64,000 nucleotides of DNA, taken from Sulfolobales archaeon. Lineage in GTDB: Archaea > Thermoproteota > Thermoprotei_A > Sulfolobales > NBVN01. The stretch is taken from contig JANXEN010000003.1 of the NCBI GenBank assembly GCA_025058345.1, positions 119,578 to 183,577 on the forward strand, given 5' to 3'. Below, in pieces: positions 9,697-20,435 of this stretch; positions within the stretch are counted from its first letter, which is position 1, and each line of letters begins with the position of its first letter. The position numbers were made by a program, and so were the translations under genes. Under the pieces are notes generated by a model. That model ran no database searches, was not told the DNA's origin, and saw only the letters and a list, made by a program, of their open reading frames with translations.

Positions 9697-11634
9697 TTGG
9701 TTAAATCCATAATGGTACCTCAGATGGACTCATCTACAATGTTTAATGAGTTTTTAATCCCTTTCTACTTACTCTTAATAGGATCTTTCTTAGCTCCTCT
9801 TTTTAAGAAGACTGCCACGCTCTACGTATCGTCGTTATCTTCTTCTATAGCCTGCATAACTATGACATATCTATCACTTAGCTACCTAGGAGCCAACGGC
9901 TCAGGTAGTTTAACTAGGATTCAATTACTCATAGGTAATTACCCACTAGTTGGAGGCGTTTTTAGCCTATCTATGGATGGTTTATCAGCTTATTTCATCA
10001 TCATTTTAGGTATTTTAGGGACGGCCTCATCAATCTACGGTATCTCTTACGTTAGGCGTTACGCTGGATTCGAGAGTTTAAGCTTTTACTCATTCATATA
10101 TCCATTGTTTATTATGTCAATGTATTTAGTCTTAATAAGCGGTGATGTAATCCTCTTTATAATTTCATGGGAGTTGATGAGCATATCCGCCTTTTTCCTC
10201 ATATCATTCGAGAGAGCTAGTGAGGTTGCTAGGAGAGCTGCACTTAAGTATTTGCTGATGTCGTATACAGGATCGGGGTTATTGATAGTTGCCTTAGTTA
10301 GTTTAAGCCTCTCAGCATCATCTACTGAATTTACATCACTGAGGGGCCTTATTATAGGCACTCCTGCTCAGTACTTAATCACACTATTGTTCATTGTTGG
10401 GTTCGGCATAAAGGCTGCTTTAGTTCCTATGCATAGTTGGTTGCCTGACGCACATCCGGAAGCGCCCTCAAACATCTCTGCACTTCTAAGTGGTTTTATG
10501 ATTAAGACAGCTGTGTACGGCATTATGAGGTTTACGATCTATTTATTGAAGCTTGATCTCTATTTCTTAGGTTTTGCGCTTGCAACCTTGGGAGTACTTT
10601 CTGCAGTATACGGTACATTAATGGCAATAATTCAAGGGGACTCTAAGAAATTAATGGCTCATTCAAGTATCGCTCAGATAGGATATATATTCCTCGGTAT
10701 TGGTGGTGGTTTAGTCCTATATCCGAATTACTTAGGTCTCATCGCATTAGTTTCTGCATTATTTCACACATTAAATCACGCGATATTTAAGGGTTTACTC
10801 TTCCTAACTGCTGGAAGTATCATCTACAGAACTGAAAGCAGAGATCTAAATAGGTTAGGAGGTTTAGCTAGATATATGCCCATAACGTACGTTTCAGGAT
10901 TAGTTGCTTCACTAGCTATTTCAGGTATACCTCCGCTAAACGGGTTTGTTAGCAAGTGGCTTATAATACTTCCATTGATTATTTCTGGGCATCCAGCACT
11001 TGCCTCATACTCAGCGCTTGCGATATTTGCTAGTGCCTTAACAACAGCAGCTCTAACTAAATACGTATCTAGAGCCTTCCTATCCGGTTTAGGCGATCAT
11101 GAGGTAAGTAAAGTTAAGGAGGTACCTTCATTTATGGCGATACCTGAAGCATTTCTCGCAGCATTATGCGTTCTTCTAGGGTTCTTCTACTTCATACCTA
11201 TCAATGTTATAACTTCTGCAGTGGTTAATGGTGTGTTGATGTTTGAGTTAAGTCAGAGTGACGTCATAATGTACAGTTTGACTTCATTGCTTAACATTTT
11301 CGGATTGATATTGGGTGTAGTACTTATCTCAACGATCATTGGTATGTATCTATTAGTGCATAAGGCCAAAATAACTTCCGTATGGACTTTCGGGACTAAG
11401 GAATTACTACCTAAGAAACTTGGTTTAAACGCTGTTTCCTACTATACCGAATTTGAATACACGTATGGCTTCGGGTATAGGTTGCATGACTTCATCTATA
11501 AAACCTTAATAACACCGTTAACTAAATGCTTTATCTCATTGACTAGCAACTATAACAAGATTGATACTTACTTAGCTAACGCGTTGTTGGTTACGGCTAT
11601 ATTCCTCACATTATTAATGGTTTTAATTTTGTGA
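9697..11634 (+). CDS. group 4 hydrogenase antiporter-like membrane subunit (HycC/HyfB/NuoL-like)
   Basis: WELMS, HSWLPDAHPEAPSNISALLSG, NHAIFKGLLF, PPLNGFVSKW motifs. Confidence 0.9.
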   Translation: MVKSIMVPQMDSSTMFNEFLIPFYLLLIGSFLAPLFKKTATLYVSSLSSSIACITMTYLSLSYLGANGSGSLTRIQLLIGNYPLVGGVFSLSMDGLSAYFIIILGILGTASSIYGISYVRRYAGFESLSFYSFIYPLFIMSMYLVLISGDVILFIISWELMSISAFFLISFERASEVARRAALKYLLMSYTGSGLLIVALVSLSLSASSTEFTSLRGLIIGTPAQYLITLLFIVGFGIKAALVPMHSWLPDAHPEAPSNISALLSGFMIKTAVYGIMRFTIYLLKLDLYFLGFALATLGVLSAVYGTLMAIIQGDSKKLMAHSSIAQIGYIFLGIGGGLVLYPNYLGLIALVSALFHTLNHAIFKGLLFLTAGSIIYRTESRDLNRLGGLARYMPITYVSGLVASLAISGIPPLNGFVSKWLIILPLIISGHPALASYSALAIFASALTTAALTKYVSRAFLSGLGDHEVSKVKEVPSFMAIPEAFLAALCVLLGFFYFIPINVITSAVVNGVLMFELSQSDVIMYSLTSLLNIFGLILGVVLISTIIGMYLLVHKAKITSVWTFGTKELLPKKLGLNAVSYYTEFEYTYGFGYRLHDFIYKTLITPLTKCFISLTSNYNKIDTYLANALLVTAIFLTLLMVLIL

Positions 11635-11644
11635 GGGGTTTAGG

Positions 11645-12577
11645 ATGGTGGTTGAATACTTAACAACATTACTTATCGTGACGGTCTTAACTTTAATTAC
11701 ACCTCTCTTAGATGGTGTCGAACGTAAATTCATTAGGGCGAAGATACATAGTAGGGTAGGTCCTCCTATACTGCAAACATATTATGACTTGATAAAGCTC
11801 TTTAAGAAAGAGTTGTTAGTTCCATCAACTGCTACGAAATTGTTTTTAGTGGCCCCAGTTGTTAGCTTCACAGTAAGTATGGTAACCCTTTCATTACTTC
11901 CTTACTTCCCTAACAATCCATTTAATTTTGAAGGTGACTTAATTTTATTAATTTATCTACTTGTTTCATCTACGTTAGTGCTCTTACTGGGAGGCCTATC
12001 GTCAGGTAATCCGATGGCAGAGATAAGTTCCAGTAGAGAAATATCGCTAATATTAACGACGGAATTACTTATCGGCTTATCCACCGCTTCAATAGCTTTA
12101 AAGTACGGTTCTTTAAGTGTGCAGAATATTTCGATGAAGTTAGTCTTTTCACCATCAATAATTCTGGCTTATTTAACGCTTCTATATTATGCTTTTATAA
12201 AGTCTGCTAGAACTCCTTACGATATAGCAGAAGCGGAGCCGGAAATAGCTTCAGGCTTTATGATTGAATATAGCGGTCCTTTACTAGCGTTCTCAATATT
12301 AAGTAATTTAATTAGAAGGTTTTTAGTGTCATCACTTTTCACCTCTATTGCCTTAGGTCCTCTCATATATGCATTTACCTCACTCGTAAATAACGTTGTG
12401 TTAAGGTTTACATTCCATTCCTTACTGATCGTGACTTTAAGTATTCTTACCTATCTGATGCTTGGTGCTGCGTCTGCTATATATGGTAGGTATAGGGTTG
12501 TGCATGCATTAGAATCAGTTAAGAGATATTCGATTATACCTCTTATCTCATTGGCTTTAGCTGTAGTGGGTTTATAA
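11645..12577 (+). CDS. group 4 hydrogenase membrane subunit (HycD/NuoH-like)
   Basis: RVGPPILQTYYDLIKL, RTPYDIAEAEPE, EYSGP motifs. Confidence 0.9.
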   Translation: MVVEYLTTLLIVTVLTLITPLLDGVERKFIRAKIHSRVGPPILQTYYDLIKLFKKELLVPSTATKLFLVAPVVSFTVSMVTLSLLPYFPNNPFNFEGDLILLIYLLVSSTLVLLLGGLSSGNPMAEISSSREISLILTTELLIGLSTASIALKYGSLSVQNISMKLVFSPSIILAYLTLLYYAFIKSARTPYDIAEAEPEIASGFMIEYSGPLLAFSILSNLIRRFLVSSLFTSIALGPLIYAFTSLVNNVVLRFTFHSLLIVTLSILTYLMLGAASAIYGRYRVVHALESVKRYSIIPLISLALAVVGL

Positions 12578-12581
12578 CTTA

Positions 12582-14264
12582 GTGAGGAGTAATATAATAT
12601 TAGGTAGAGGGGATTTGGAAGTCATAGAGATGCTGAATAAGTACTTGATTGATAAGATAGTAGGCATTAGAAATGTGGGTGATGGTAAACTTATTATCGA
12701 TGTTAAACCTAATAACCTTGTCGATGTTGTTAATGTCGTTACTGATAAATTAGGCGGTATATTCGTAACTATAGTCGGTAATGATGCACGCAGTATTGAT
12801 AACTCGTTTCATAACATATACGTCTTCAGCCTTGATTCATTGAAGACGTACTTATTAATCAGGGTTAAATTAGATCCTGAAAGTCCTAAAATCAACTCAA
12901 TAACACATATCGTTAAGGGAGCTGATTGGGGGGAGCGAGAGGTAAGGGACTTGCTGGGTATTAACATGGTAAACCATCCTGACCCTCGTAGGTTAATACT
13001 GCCTGATGGTTGGCCTGAAGGGATAAATCCGCTTAAGAAGGAATTCGCTCACTCCATTAGGCCTGAGTTAAATAACTCTGAATGTTACGTTCCTTTAAGG
13101 TCTGATGACGTTGTAGCACTACCTTACGGACCTTACCATCCTCTACTCCACGAGCCGGAGTACTTTGAGTTGCATATTAAAGGTGAGACTGTAGTAGGTG
13201 TCGAATATAGGGGGTTCCACGTACATAGAGGTATTGAGAAGTTAGGGGAATCTAGACTCACCTATAATCAAGTACCTTTTGTAGCAGAGAGGATATGCGG
13301 TATATGCGGATTTGTACATAACGTATGTTACTGTCAAGCCATAGAAAATGCTGCAAAGATCGAAGTACCAGAACGCGCGCATTACATAAGGTCTATAATA
13401 CTAGAAATCGAAAGGCTGCATAGCCATTTACTATGGTTAGGTGTGGCATGCCACATATTAGGATTTGATACTGGGTTTATGCATGCTTGGAGGATTAGAG
13501 AACCGATAATGAATTTAGCTGAGGCTCTGACAGGCAATAGGAAAAACTACGGACTTAACTTAGTAGGTGGGGTTAGAAGGGATATCAATAAGGATTCATC
13601 AGCGAGGATTAGTAAATTGCTTAAGGATATTAAACATGAGTATGATAGGTTCATCAGTAGTTTGACTGCAGTGAAGGAAGTCATTAGGAGACTAGAGGGC
13701 AGTGGATTACTTCCAAAGCCTGAAGCGATAAGCTACGGCGTCGTTGGACCTGTGGCTAGGGGTTCAGCGCTGAAGCGGGACGTACGTGTAGACCATCCCT
13801 ATGCTGCGTATAAGGACGTGTCTTTTAAAGTCCCTACCTACAGTGAGTGTGATAATATGTCTAGGCTTATGGTTAGGGTTGATGAGGTATATGAAAGCAT
13901 CTCAATAATTGAGCAACTAATTGATAGGTTACCAGGTGGTTCAATCCTGGCTGAGAACGCTGAAGTTCCTGAATATAGGGAGGGTTTCAGTGGAATTGAA
14001 GCTCCTAGAGGTGAAGATTTCCACTACGTTTTAACCGGTAGATTTAGTAAGGTATATAGATGGAGGGTGAGAGCACCAACATATAATAACATACCTGCGT
14101 TGAAGGTGATGCTTCATGAAGTTCCTTTAAGCGATGCACCGTTAACGATCGCAAGTATAGATCCATGCTTCTCATGTACTGATAGATTGCTGGTGTTTGA
14201 TGTAGATAAAGGTAAAAAGTTTAAGGTAAGTTATAAGGCGTTGGCCAGCGGGTGGAAGCCTTGA
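12582..14264 (+). CDS. [NiFe] hydrogenase group 4 large subunit with fused NuoC-like domain (HycE-like)
   Basis: L1 motif ERICGIC and L2 motif DPCFSCTDR followed by a cleavable C-terminal extension; N-terminal WGERE..DLLG NuoC-like domain. Confidence 0.92.
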   Translation: MRSNIILGRGDLEVIEMLNKYLIDKIVGIRNVGDGKLIIDVKPNNLVDVVNVVTDKLGGIFVTIVGNDARSIDNSFHNIYVFSLDSLKTYLLIRVKLDPESPKINSITHIVKGADWGEREVRDLLGINMVNHPDPRRLILPDGWPEGINPLKKEFAHSIRPELNNSECYVPLRSDDVVALPYGPYHPLLHEPEYFELHIKGETVVGVEYRGFHVHRGIEKLGESRLTYNQVPFVAERICGICGFVHNVCYCQAIENAAKIEVPERAHYIRSIILEIERLHSHLLWLGVACHILGFDTGFMHAWRIREPIMNLAEALTGNRKNYGLNLVGGVRRDINKDSSARISKLLKDIKHEYDRFISSLTAVKEVIRRLEGSGLLPKPEAISYGVVGPVARGSALKRDVRVDHPYAAYKDVSFKVPTYSECDNMSRLMVRVDEVYESISIIEQLIDRLPGGSILAENAEVPEYREGFSGIEAPRGEDFHYVLTGRFSKVYRWRVRAPTYNNIPALKVMLHEVPLSDAPLTIASIDPCFSCTDRLLVFDVDKGKKFKVSYKALASGWKP

Positions 14265-14767
14265 GTAGGTTATCCTGGATTAAAACGGCGCTTGAAGTCG
14301 GTGTAGTTACTAAGAAATACCCGTTCGAACGTGTTGAAGTTCCTGATGGATTTAGGGGGCTACCTATATTTGACTCAGGAAAATGTATTGGATGTACCGC
14401 ATGTGCAAACGTATGCACACCTGACGCTATAAAGGTGGTTAATGACTTTACCAATGGGTTTAGAAGGATTGAGTACCGTCTAGGTAAGTGCATATTCTGT
14501 GGTAGATGTGCTGATGTATGTCCGGTGTCAGCTATTACAATTACGAAGGAGTTCGAACTTGCCTACACAGGTGACGTTATAAACGCTATAGAGATTAAAT
14601 TTATTAAATGTGTTCAGTGCGGTCAATACTACACAGTTTCTAGACACTTGAAACACGTATCGAGTAAACTTAATGATGAAGCTTTAGAGGGTGTTGATAT
14701 ATGTCCCGATTGCAGAAGGCGCAGTAACATTAACTCATTAATACATGCATCAGGGGTGTTCAGATGA
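14252..14767 (+). CDS. hydrogenase 2x[4Fe-4S] subunit (HycF/NuoI-like)
   Basis: CIGCTACANVC and CIFCGRCADVC, plus C-terminal CxxC...CxxC. Confidence 0.9.
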   Translation: MEALSRLSWIKTALEVGVVTKKYPFERVEVPDGFRGLPIFDSGKCIGCTACANVCTPDAIKVVNDFTNGFRRIEYRLGKCIFCGRCADVCPVSAITITKEFELAYTGDVINAIEIKFIKCVQCGQYYTVSRHLKHVSSKLNDEALEGVDICPDCRRRSNINSLIHASGVFR

Positions 14768-15234
14768 ATATATATAAGAAGAGTATTTGGGTGTTCCACC
14801 TAAATACCGGTGGTTGTAACTCATGCGATATAGAGATTTTAGATGTACTGACTCCCTATCACGATGTCGAGAGATTCGGTATTAAATTAGTGGCATCCCC
14901 TAGGCATGCAGATGCACTCCTTTTAACAGGTCCTGTAACTAAAGAGATATTACCTAAGGTTATTGACGCGCTGTTAGCTGTACCAGAACCTAAGCTAGTT
15001 ATAGCTATAGGCTCCTGCACAACAGGTGGAGGCATTTGGTATGACACCTACTCAACCATTGGAGGTCTTAATGAACTGTATAAAGTTCTTAAGGAAGAGT
15101 ATGGTGTTCCCGAACCTTCCACCGTTAAGATCCCGGGATGTCCTCCGAAGCCTGAATCCATAATATATGGAATTGCCTTAGCTTTAGGCGTAGTTCAGCA
15201 GAAAGTCACCACTACTACAGCAAGGGTTGAGTAG
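14764..15234 (+). CDS. [NiFe] hydrogenase small subunit (HycG/NuoB-like)
   Basis: GGCNSCDIE, SPRHAD, AIGSC, IPGCPP motifs. Confidence 0.92.
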   Translation: MNIYKKSIWVFHLNTGGCNSCDIEILDVLTPYHDVERFGIKLVASPRHADALLLTGPVTKEILPKVIDALLAVPEPKLVIAIGSCTTGGGIWYDTYSTIGGLNELYKVLKEEYGVPEPSTVKIPGCPPKPESIIYGIALALGVVQQKVTTTTARVE

Positions 15235-15286
15235 CGTTAATTCGTGTTTATATTTTTGATTTCATAACATTTATTGGGATTTACTT

Positions 15287-16267
15287 GTGTATAGAAATCC
15301 TTATTTAAGTTGGTATGAATTAGCTTTAAAGTCGTTGAATTACTCGGTTTTAGGTAAGGCAAGAACCAAGGATTTTAAGAAAGTGGTTTTGACGGGAATG
15401 GGTGGTTCAGGGATAATCTGCGACGCTATTTACACAGTGTTATTCAGCAACTCAGAAGTGCCTGTATCTGTTGTTAAGGGCTTCCAACCTCCTAAATGGG
15501 TTGACTCTGAAACCCTAGTATGTGGGATCAGTTATTCGGGAAATACGGTGGAAACTATAAGTGTTGTTTTAAAGTCGATGGAGTTAGGGGCTGAGGTTTG
15601 TGCAGTTGCCTCCGGAGGTAAGTTATTAGAGATAGCTAGAAGTAAAAACTTACCACACGTTATCGTAGATGGCGGCTTACTACCTAGGGTTGCATTCCCT
15701 CAACTACTAATAGCAACTATTAAGATATTGGATGTCTATGGGATCAAAGTTTGTGATAACTTAGGGGAAATAATAGACGTTCTTAAGGAGAGAAGCATAG
15801 CAGACTACATATCTAAGGAATTAGCGGATTTTTTAAAGGAATCCTTACCAGTAATTATTTCTAACAATGAGATGTATCCTTTAGCACTTAGATTTAAGGA
15901 CGAGCTCAACGAAAATGCTAAGATGATAGCTAAAGTTGAGGTAATACCTGAATGGGCACATAACGACATTGTTGGATGGGAGTTACCTATTAATCTTGAG
16001 GTTCTGAGGGCATTAATTATTTGGAGTGACGATCCGATTATTGAGTTCGCTTCTAATTATTTAAGGGAAGTTGGTGTGAAGACATACATCTTTAAGTTGC
16101 TTGGCTACGGGGTACTTTCTAAGGTCCTTTATGGTTCTCTTGTTGCAGGGTTAACCACAACATACTTGGCTGAATTACGAGGTATAAAGGCTGATGAAAC
16201 AAAGTCTATCGATGAGTATAAGAAATTCTTATCAAGCATTAAGGGTAGATTTAAAGTGTTCTATTAA
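15287..16267 (+). CDS. bifunctional phosphoglucose/phosphomannose isomerase (PGI/PMI, SIS domain)
   Basis: GMGGSG, SYSGNTVET, NENAK, PEWAHN motifs. Confidence 0.9.
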   Translation: MYRNPYLSWYELALKSLNYSVLGKARTKDFKKVVLTGMGGSGIICDAIYTVLFSNSEVPVSVVKGFQPPKWVDSETLVCGISYSGNTVETISVVLKSMELGAEVCAVASGGKLLEIARSKNLPHVIVDGGLLPRVAFPQLLIATIKILDVYGIKVCDNLGEIIDVLKERSIADYISKELADFLKESLPVIISNNEMYPLALRFKDELNENAKMIAKVEVIPEWAHNDIVGWELPINLEVLRALIIWSDDPIIEFASNYLREVGVKTYIFKLLGYGVLSKVLYGSLVAGLTTTYLAELRGIKADETKSIDEYKKFLSSIKGRFKVFY

Positions 16268-17526
16268 TTGCCTCTTAACTTACTTAGTATTTCCTTCGCC
16301 TTATCTATCCTTATCACACCACTCTTTACCATCTCACTAACCACTTTATCTACTTCATCACCCTGCGCTCCAACAGCAATTGCTATCTGCCTAGCATGGA
16401 GTTTCATATGGCCCTTCTGAATACCTTCGCTTACAAGCGCCCTCAACGCAGCTAAGTTCTGAGCTAGACCTACGGAACCCATTACCTCAGCTAATTCTCT
16501 CGCTGTTTTAACACCTAATATCTTTAGAGATATTTTCGCTAAGGGATTAACTCTAGTAGCTCCACCAACTACACCAACAGCCATAGGCATCTCTAAATAA
16601 CCTACTAGGTCTCCATCCTCGTTTTTCTCCCACGTAGACAATGTGGTGTACTTTCCTGATTTAGATGCATATGCGTGGGCACCAGCTTCCAAAGCCCTAG
16701 TGTCTTGTCCTGTCGCTAATCCAACAGCTATAACCCCGTTCATTATCCCCTTATTATGAGTTGCTGCTCTATAGGGGTCTGAAGCTGCAAAGGCCCAAGC
16801 ATATACTATCCCATCAACTATTTCAGGACCTCCAACAGCTTCTTTAGGTACCTTAGTCCAAACCTTAACTAGTCTTTTATCAGCTAGGTTAGAAATTATT
16901 CTAAGAAGTACTTTGCCACCGGTTATCTTCTCTATATACGGTGCCACAGCTTCGGCCATAGTGTTAACTGCATTAGCACCCATAGCATCCTTAACATCCA
17001 CAATTAAATGAATTACAATCATAGTGCCTACAGAGCTATGTATCAGCCTGACCTCAAGGTCTTTAGCACCTCCTCCTAAACTGTAAAGTATAGGATCTTT
17101 CTCATTCGCAATCCTTAGAATTTCATCCTTATTCTGCAATATCCTCATCACTGACGTATGAGGTGATGTAACACCTACTACCTGTATTTGTGAGAACATT
17201 ATTGATTCAGTACTCACTGCAAATAGACCACCTCCTTCTCTACACATTCGCGCAGCGTTAGATGCTGCAGCAACGACGGAAGGTTCCTCAATCACCATAG
17301 GAATTAGGTAGTCCTTATTGTTGATTAAGAAGTTCGTAGCCACCCCCAAGGGTAATTCGAAAGTGCCGATAACGTTTTCAATCATCTTATCAGCGATGCT
17401 TAAGCCAATTTTACTTGATTTAAGTATGTTTAATTCATCATCTGTTAGTCCAGTAAGTTCCTTAATAATTTTAGCCCTCTCATCCACGTTTAATCTATAA
17501 AAATTAGGGATCCTAGATGAGGACAT
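16264..17526 (-). CDS. mvaA: hydroxymethylglutaryl-CoA reductase, class II
   Basis: ENVIG, EEPSVVAA, DAMGAN, THNKG, GIQKGHMKLH motifs. Confidence 0.92.
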   Translation of the reverse strand: MSSSRIPNFYRLNVDERAKIIKELTGLTDDELNILKSSKIGLSIADKMIENVIGTFELPLGVATNFLINNKDYLIPMVIEEPSVVAAASNAARMCREGGGLFAVSTESIMFSQIQVVGVTSPHTSVMRILQNKDEILRIANEKDPILYSLGGGAKDLEVRLIHSSVGTMIVIHLIVDVKDAMGANAVNTMAEAVAPYIEKITGGKVLLRIISNLADKRLVKVWTKVPKEAVGGPEIVDGIVYAWAFAASDPYRAATHNKGIMNGVIAVGLATGQDTRALEAGAHAYASKSGKYTTLSTWEKNEDGDLVGYLEMPMAVGVVGGATRVNPLAKISLKILGVKTARELAEVMGSVGLAQNLAALRALVSEGIQKGHMKLHARQIAIAVGAQGDEVDKVVSEMVKSGVIRIDKAKEILSKLRGN

Positions 17527-17543
17527 ATGTAAGCCACCTAGGA

Positions 17544-18602
17544 TTAGTATTGAGTCTTCCTTAAATCAATTTCTGTTCCGGACCTCTCAATGGATATATC
17601 GAACACTATTTCAGCTATGTCTTCAAGCTTTTTACTTACTATATTTAATTTATCTATAACATCACGAACAACTACATAACTTTCATCTAAACCCAAAGAC
17701 TTGAAAATTATTAGTTTATATTTGCTTAGATGAGTGTTGAACTCGTTAGTTAGGTTTAAAACACTGTTCGCTAGGTAAAGTTCAGGGTTTTCCAAAACCT
17801 TTAAAACCCTGTCAATTATCAGTGATAAAGTATCAATGCATTCCTTGAAAACATCTTTGTGGGGACTTATCTTACTTATTATTCCATCATTAACTTCAGA
17901 TAATATAGAAGCTATCTGAGCTAAGGAATCTCCAATATCTTCTAAAGATTTAACTATAGATCTGTATTCCGTTACTAATGAGGGCCTAATCCCTAGATGC
18001 TTCACTATGTTCTTATCGTTCTGTGATAATACGAGTTGCCTAACAGCTAAACCGTAAAGCCTATCTAACTCACCCTCTAACTCTATTACCTCCTCCACTA
18101 TGTTTAGCTGCTTACTAAGTATTGAATTAGCTATATGCTGAATCATAAGTTTAATTATATTTACCATCCTCTCAATGAGTAATAGAGCAGAATATTTAGA
18201 TGGGTCTATGAGTATATGGATAGTTACACTTTCATGTGTGTGTTCAACAATCTCAGCACCTATGAAGTTCTTAACGATGCTTCTAATACTTTTAAGGTAA
18301 TTGCTGGATAAGAAGCCCCCGAAAGATTTAACTACTATCTTATCGCAGCCAAGGAGGTAAAGCCCGTAAAGCGACCTTACAAGTAGGTTCTCATTACCTT
18401 CCTCCTGAAGATGTATTTCAACAGACCTTTCTTTCTTTCTACTCATAAGTTCTAAAGAAGCTATTCTTAGAGAACCATCCTCTAACGGTTCAATACCTAT
18501 GACATCACCCGGCTTTAAACCTATGGTTTTAGCCCATTCAGCAGGTAGGGAAATCATTAAGGTAGATTTACCGAACTTCTGGACTCTCCTTACTTCAGGC
18601 AA
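17544..18602 (-). CDS. AbrB-PhoU phosphate uptake regulator
   Basis: N-terminal RRVQKFGKSTLMISLPAEWA AbrB domain followed by PhoU helical repeats (LEDIGD). Confidence 0.85.
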   Translation of the reverse strand: MPEVRRVQKFGKSTLMISLPAEWAKTIGLKPGDVIGIEPLEDGSLRIASLELMSRKKERSVEIHLQEEGNENLLVRSLYGLYLLGCDKIVVKSFGGFLSSNYLKSIRSIVKNFIGAEIVEHTHESVTIHILIDPSKYSALLLIERMVNIIKLMIQHIANSILSKQLNIVEEVIELEGELDRLYGLAVRQLVLSQNDKNIVKHLGIRPSLVTEYRSIVKSLEDIGDSLAQIASILSEVNDGIISKISPHKDVFKECIDTLSLIIDRVLKVLENPELYLANSVLNLTNEFNTHLSKYKLIIFKSLGLDESYVVVRDVIDKLNIVSKKLEDIAEIVFDISIERSGTEIDLRKTQY

Positions 18603-18700
18603 ACCTCTTCCCAGATATACGTGTTGTTAAGTATATAAAAATTTTAAATCCACCATTTCCAAATTAAACTTTATAAACATTATATAACAGCTTAAAGAGA

Positions 18701-19303
18701 CTACCTGTAGGCTGTGTCCGCAAATATACGTCCCTTACCTAAACCCATTAAAGTTAATGCTTCAATCCTGGAGATTTCGTCACTTAGAGTGCCTTTAGCC
18801 GAACGCGTGATCATGTACATAGGTTCTTTAACACCTCTAACAATCGTACATGTATGGTAGGCTTCCATTACTACCATAACTCCCTTAGGCGTGAGTTTAC
18901 GATAGATGAAATCCGCTATGTTTTCTGTCAACCTTTCCTGAATTTGAAGTCTCCTAGAAAAAACGTCGACCAATCTAGCAAATTTGCTGAATCCAACAAT
19001 CTTATCGTTAGGTACATAGGCTATATGAACATACCCGAAGAAGGGCAGTAAGTGGTGTTCGCAGATACTTCTTAATGGGATGTCCTTAACGATGATGAGG
19101 TCACCATGTCTTTCATAGTCTTTATCTGCTTGGAAGTACTTGAGCACATCATTTGGATCAACTCCATAGCCTGAGGTAAGTTCGTGGAGCCACATTCTTG
19201 CAACTCTATCTGGCGTATCAACTAAACCTTCCCTACTAGGATCTTCTCCGATGAGTTCCAATAACTCCCTCACTATTTCCTTAACTCGCTCAAATTTATC
19301 CAA
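18701..19303 (-). CDS. folE: GTP cyclohydrolase IA
   Basis: REGLVDTPDRVA, SICEHHLLPF, RLQIQE, HTC motifs. Confidence 0.93.
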   Translation of the reverse strand: MDKFERVKEIVRELLELIGEDPSREGLVDTPDRVARMWLHELTSGYGVDPNDVLKYFQADKDYERHGDLIIVKDIPLRSICEHHLLPFFGYVHIAYVPNDKIVGFSKFARLVDVFSRRLQIQERLTENIADFIYRKLTPKGVMVVMEAYHTCTIVRGVKEPMYMITRSAKGTLSDEISRIEALTLMGLGKGRIFADTAYR

Positions 19304-19331
19304 TCAAACCACCACGGCTTTTATAAATGGG

Positions 19332-20315
19332 TTAGAGTCTGAACGACTTCTTCTTAGTTACTTGGGTTTTCTTCCCCCAGTCACCCCTTAAACTTTTAGT
19401 AACTCCCTTAACTTTGTTCACATAATTAACAGCACTTAAAGCAGCAATCACCCCCGTAGAGGCAGCTATGACGGCCTGCTTATATGGCATATCTATGAGA
19501 TCCCCAGCTGCGAATAGTCCCTCAACTTTTGTTTCACAGCTCTTCCCAACAACTACTTCACCTTTTTCATTAACCTCAACATACTTTCTAAGGAAATCTA
19601 TCCTTGTCTCAAATCCTAGCTCCACGAACACTCCATCAGCCTCTAACTCCTTAACGCTTCCATCAGGATCTATTAAATTCACTTTAAACACCCCACCATC
19701 TTTAGATAGCTTGGTAACACGGTACCCTGGATATGTGTGGACGTTACTAAACTTCTTAGCTACTTCGACGCTCTCATCATATTTTGAAGTGGTGACGTAA
19801 TGTACCTCAGATGCTAAGGGAGATAAGATCTCAAGACCTTCAACACCCTTATTTCCAAAGCTAATTAAAACTACCTTCTTATTTCTGTAGAATGGGCCGT
19901 CACATATAACACAGTAACTCAGCCCTTTACCTATATGCCTCTCCTCATCCTCAACACCTAACCTTCTAGGTGCTTTACCGCATGCAGCTATGACTGAGAT
20001 GGCTTTGAATATTCTACCTCCCTTCGTCTTAACTACGAATACCCCATCGTGTTTTGCTAAATCGATTACTTCATCTAAAATTATTTCAGCACCAAAAGAT
20101 TTCGCTTGATTGCGAACTTTAAACATTAAATCATAACCAGATAATGCTTCAATGCCTGGATAATTCTCAATGGAGCTTACGTATGTTAGTTGACCACCAA
20201 CATCGACTGAAATGATGAGGGTCTTTAATCCAAGTCTAGAAGTATAAATGGCTGAAGATAAACCTGCAATACCTGCCCCTATAATTATAGTGTCATAGAC
20301 CTCCTCTAAACTCAT
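19332..20315 (-). CDS. trxB: thioredoxin reductase
   Basis: IGAGIAG, SYCVICDG, FAAGD motifs. Confidence 0.88.
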   Translation of the reverse strand: MSLEEVYDTIIIGAGIAGLSSAIYTSRLGLKTLIISVDVGGQLTYVSSIENYPGIEALSGYDLMFKVRNQAKSFGAEIILDEVIDLAKHDGVFVVKTKGGRIFKAISVIAACGKAPRRLGVEDEERHIGKGLSYCVICDGPFYRNKKVVLISFGNKGVEGLEILSPLASEVHYVTTSKYDESVEVAKKFSNVHTYPGYRVTKLSKDGGVFKVNLIDPDGSVKELEADGVFVELGFETRIDFLRKYVEVNEKGEVVVGKSCETKVEGLFAAGDLIDMPYKQAVIAASTGVIAALSAVNYVNKVKGVTKSLRGDWGKKTQVTKKKSFRL

Positions 20316-20435
20316 ATACTCACTTCACCTAAACAATAATTTAATACTTTAAATATAAGTGCAACCTAATGGATGAAGTTATGATACCATATAGTTATCT
20401 ATAGTTCATTAAAGTCAGACATATGTGTTGGAAAT

